Of a DNA stretch of 17,389 nucleotides, positions 15,972-17,389 are shown piece by piece. The notes under the pieces were generated by a model. The model saw only the letters and a program-made list of their open reading frames with translations, was not told the origin of the DNA and searched no databases. The stretch is from Promethearchaeia archaeon (lineage in GTDB: Archaea; Asgardarchaeota; Lokiarchaeia; Sigyniarchaeales; SOKP01), in NCBI GenBank assembly GCA_029856155.1, contig JAHQWL010000086.1:1-17389 (forward strand), read 5' to 3'. How positions within the stretch are numbered: position 1 is the stretch's first letter; every line of letters starts with the position of its first letter. The position numbers and the translations under genes were made by a program.

Positions 15972-17228
15972 ATGGTTGAAAAACTTACTCGAAAAGCTAC
16001 TTTATCAATCTATCTTGTAGCACTTGCTGGAAACATAGCATTTACCGTTGAAAACCAATTCTATAATGTATTCTTATACAATGAAATTGCCCCCAATACA
16101 TTTTATATATCACTAATGGTAATGATTACTGCAATTGTATCTACAATTACTGCAATTGTAATGGGGGCAATAAGCGATGTTAGAGGGAAAAGAAAATCTT
16201 TTATGGTTTACGGATTTATCTTATGGGCTTTTACAACAGCAATTTTTCCATTTGCAGCATTAGTAAGACCTCTCATAATGGCAGTTTTTACAGCTATTAT
16301 ATTTGACTCAATTATGACTTATTTTGGTGCAACTGCGTATGATGCTGCATTAAAAGCACACGTAATTGATATAACCACCTTAGAGAATAGAGGTAAAGCC
16401 ACGGCAATTATTGAGATAATGACACTTCTTTCCACCCTAATAATTTATGGAGTATCAGGGCTTATTGTATTAGCTATTGGATATTATTATTTCTTTATTC
16501 TAATAGGTATTTTAACAGGAGTTATCGGGCTTGCAGGTTCTTACTTTTTAAAGGATGCTGAGAATTTAAAACCACTAGATATAAGTGTATGGGAACATCT
16601 TAAAAGCACGTTTAATATCAACTTTTTAAAAGCAAATAAAGATTGCTTCTTAGTATTACTAGGGATTGGAATATGGGCAATAGGATTTAATGTCTTTTTT
16701 CCATTTATCTTGATTTACTTAGAGCATTATGTTGGTTTAGAGTTATTGATTGCTTCTTTAGTTGTCTTCATTGCATTAATGGTTTCGATTCTTTCAGGTG
16801 TTTTTATTGGAAAATTTATTGATAAAGTGGGAAGGAAGAAAATTGCTATAGTTTCTGTTGTTTTATTAAGTATTTCATTAGTGCTTTATTCATTTACAAC
16901 TGATTTAGTACTTTTAATAATCACAGGGATATTATGGGTGTTTTTTATGTCAACATTTCATATTTCTTCTCAAACTTGGGTGAATGACTTATACCCTAAA
17001 GAAAAAGCTGGTCAATTTACTGGATATTTTTTGGTTTTCAACGTCTTAATTGGAATGTTAATAGGTCCATGGATAGGGAACTTAATTGCTGAACGATGGG
17101 GGGCTCCAATCGTAATAGACGGAATTCCTGGATTAGTTCCACCCCCATTAATATATTCCGTTGCAGCAATCATTATGCTTTTCTCTATAATTCCTATTCT
17201 TTTAGCAAAGGAACTGAAAAAGTCATAA
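15972..17228 (+). CDS. MFS transporter (MFS_1), substrate unknown
   Basis: About 12 hydrophobic segments; motif A in both halves (GAISDVRGKRK; GKFIDKVGRKK); divergent from aor. Confidence 0.9.
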   Translation: MVEKLTRKATLSIYLVALAGNIAFTVENQFYNVFLYNEIAPNTFYISLMVMITAIVSTITAIVMGAISDVRGKRKSFMVYGFILWAFTTAIFPFAALVRPLIMAVFTAIIFDSIMTYFGATAYDAALKAHVIDITTLENRGKATAIIEIMTLLSTLIIYGVSGLIVLAIGYYYFFILIGILTGVIGLAGSYFLKDAENLKPLDISVWEHLKSTFNINFLKANKDCFLVLLGIGIWAIGFNVFFPFILIYLEHYVGLELLIASLVVFIALMVSILSGVFIGKFIDKVGRKKIAIVSVVLLSISLVLYSFTTDLVLLIITGILWVFFMSTFHISSQTWVNDLYPKEKAGQFTGYFLVFNVLIGMLIGPWIGNLIAERWGAPIVIDGIPGLVPPPLIYSVAAIIMLFSIIPILLAKELKKS

Positions 17229-17250
17229 TAATAATCAAAATTTAATTCTA

Positions 17251-17268
17251 TTTTTTCTTTTTTTCTTT
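17251..17268 (+). terminator. Oligo-T tract terminator (archaeal type)
   Basis: TTTTTTCTTTTTTTCTTT, 22 nt after the MFS stop codon. Confidence 0.45.
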
Positions 17269-17340
17269 AATAAAGATTTTCTTCTCTTTTGCATTAATTT
17301 AATGTTTAAAAAGGATAATTAATTTACACCCATACTTTCT

Positions 17341-17389
17341 ATGGTAAGAGGAACCCTTGTGGAAAATTCTAATCAAGAAATTCATGATT
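17341..17389 (+). CDS. Possible 5' end of next gene (MVRGTLVENSNQEIHD...), product unknown; 3' partial
   Basis: Open frame from ATG 17341 to the window end; alternative GTG at 17359 is preceded by AGAGGA. Too short to assign. Confidence 0.3.
   Translation, partial: MVRGTLVENSNQEIHD

Noticed and set aside
1-17389. CRISPR arrays, tRNA/rRNA, IS elements
   Set aside because: No periodic repeats, GC-rich structured RNA segments or transposase ORFs were seen, and intergenic gaps are all under 200 bp.

Overview
AT-rich (roughly 30% GC by eye), densely coded prokaryotic window with 12 well-supported CDSs, the first truncated at the left edge, and probably the start of a 13th at the right edge. The gene content, weak Shine-Dalgarno use, TATA-like boxes and T-tract terminators suggest an anaerobic archaeon, possibly Asgard/Lokiarchaeia-like; this is inference only. 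Left block (+): VAO/PCMH-type FAD oxidoreductase, HdrD/GlpC-type Fe-S partner, a truncated acetyl-CoA-synthase-beta-like protein with a 4-Cys tail, CooC Ni-insertase, and a CDF transporter flanked by two winged-helix-like domains. Right block: a putative carbohydrate/sugar-acid catabolic cluster with a divergent GH38-like hydrolase, RraA/HMG-aldolase-family protein, IlvD/Edd dehydratase, GPH-type MFS, LarA-family racemase/epimerase, aldehyde:ferredoxin oxidoreductase and a second MFS, arranged around two divergent promoters. Together these could form an undescribed, kinase-free Entner-Doudoroff-like pathway. The AOR gene appears to lack a canonical start codon (ACG behind a GGTGA SD, or a homopolymer indel). 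I saw no RNA genes, CRISPR arrays or mobile elements.
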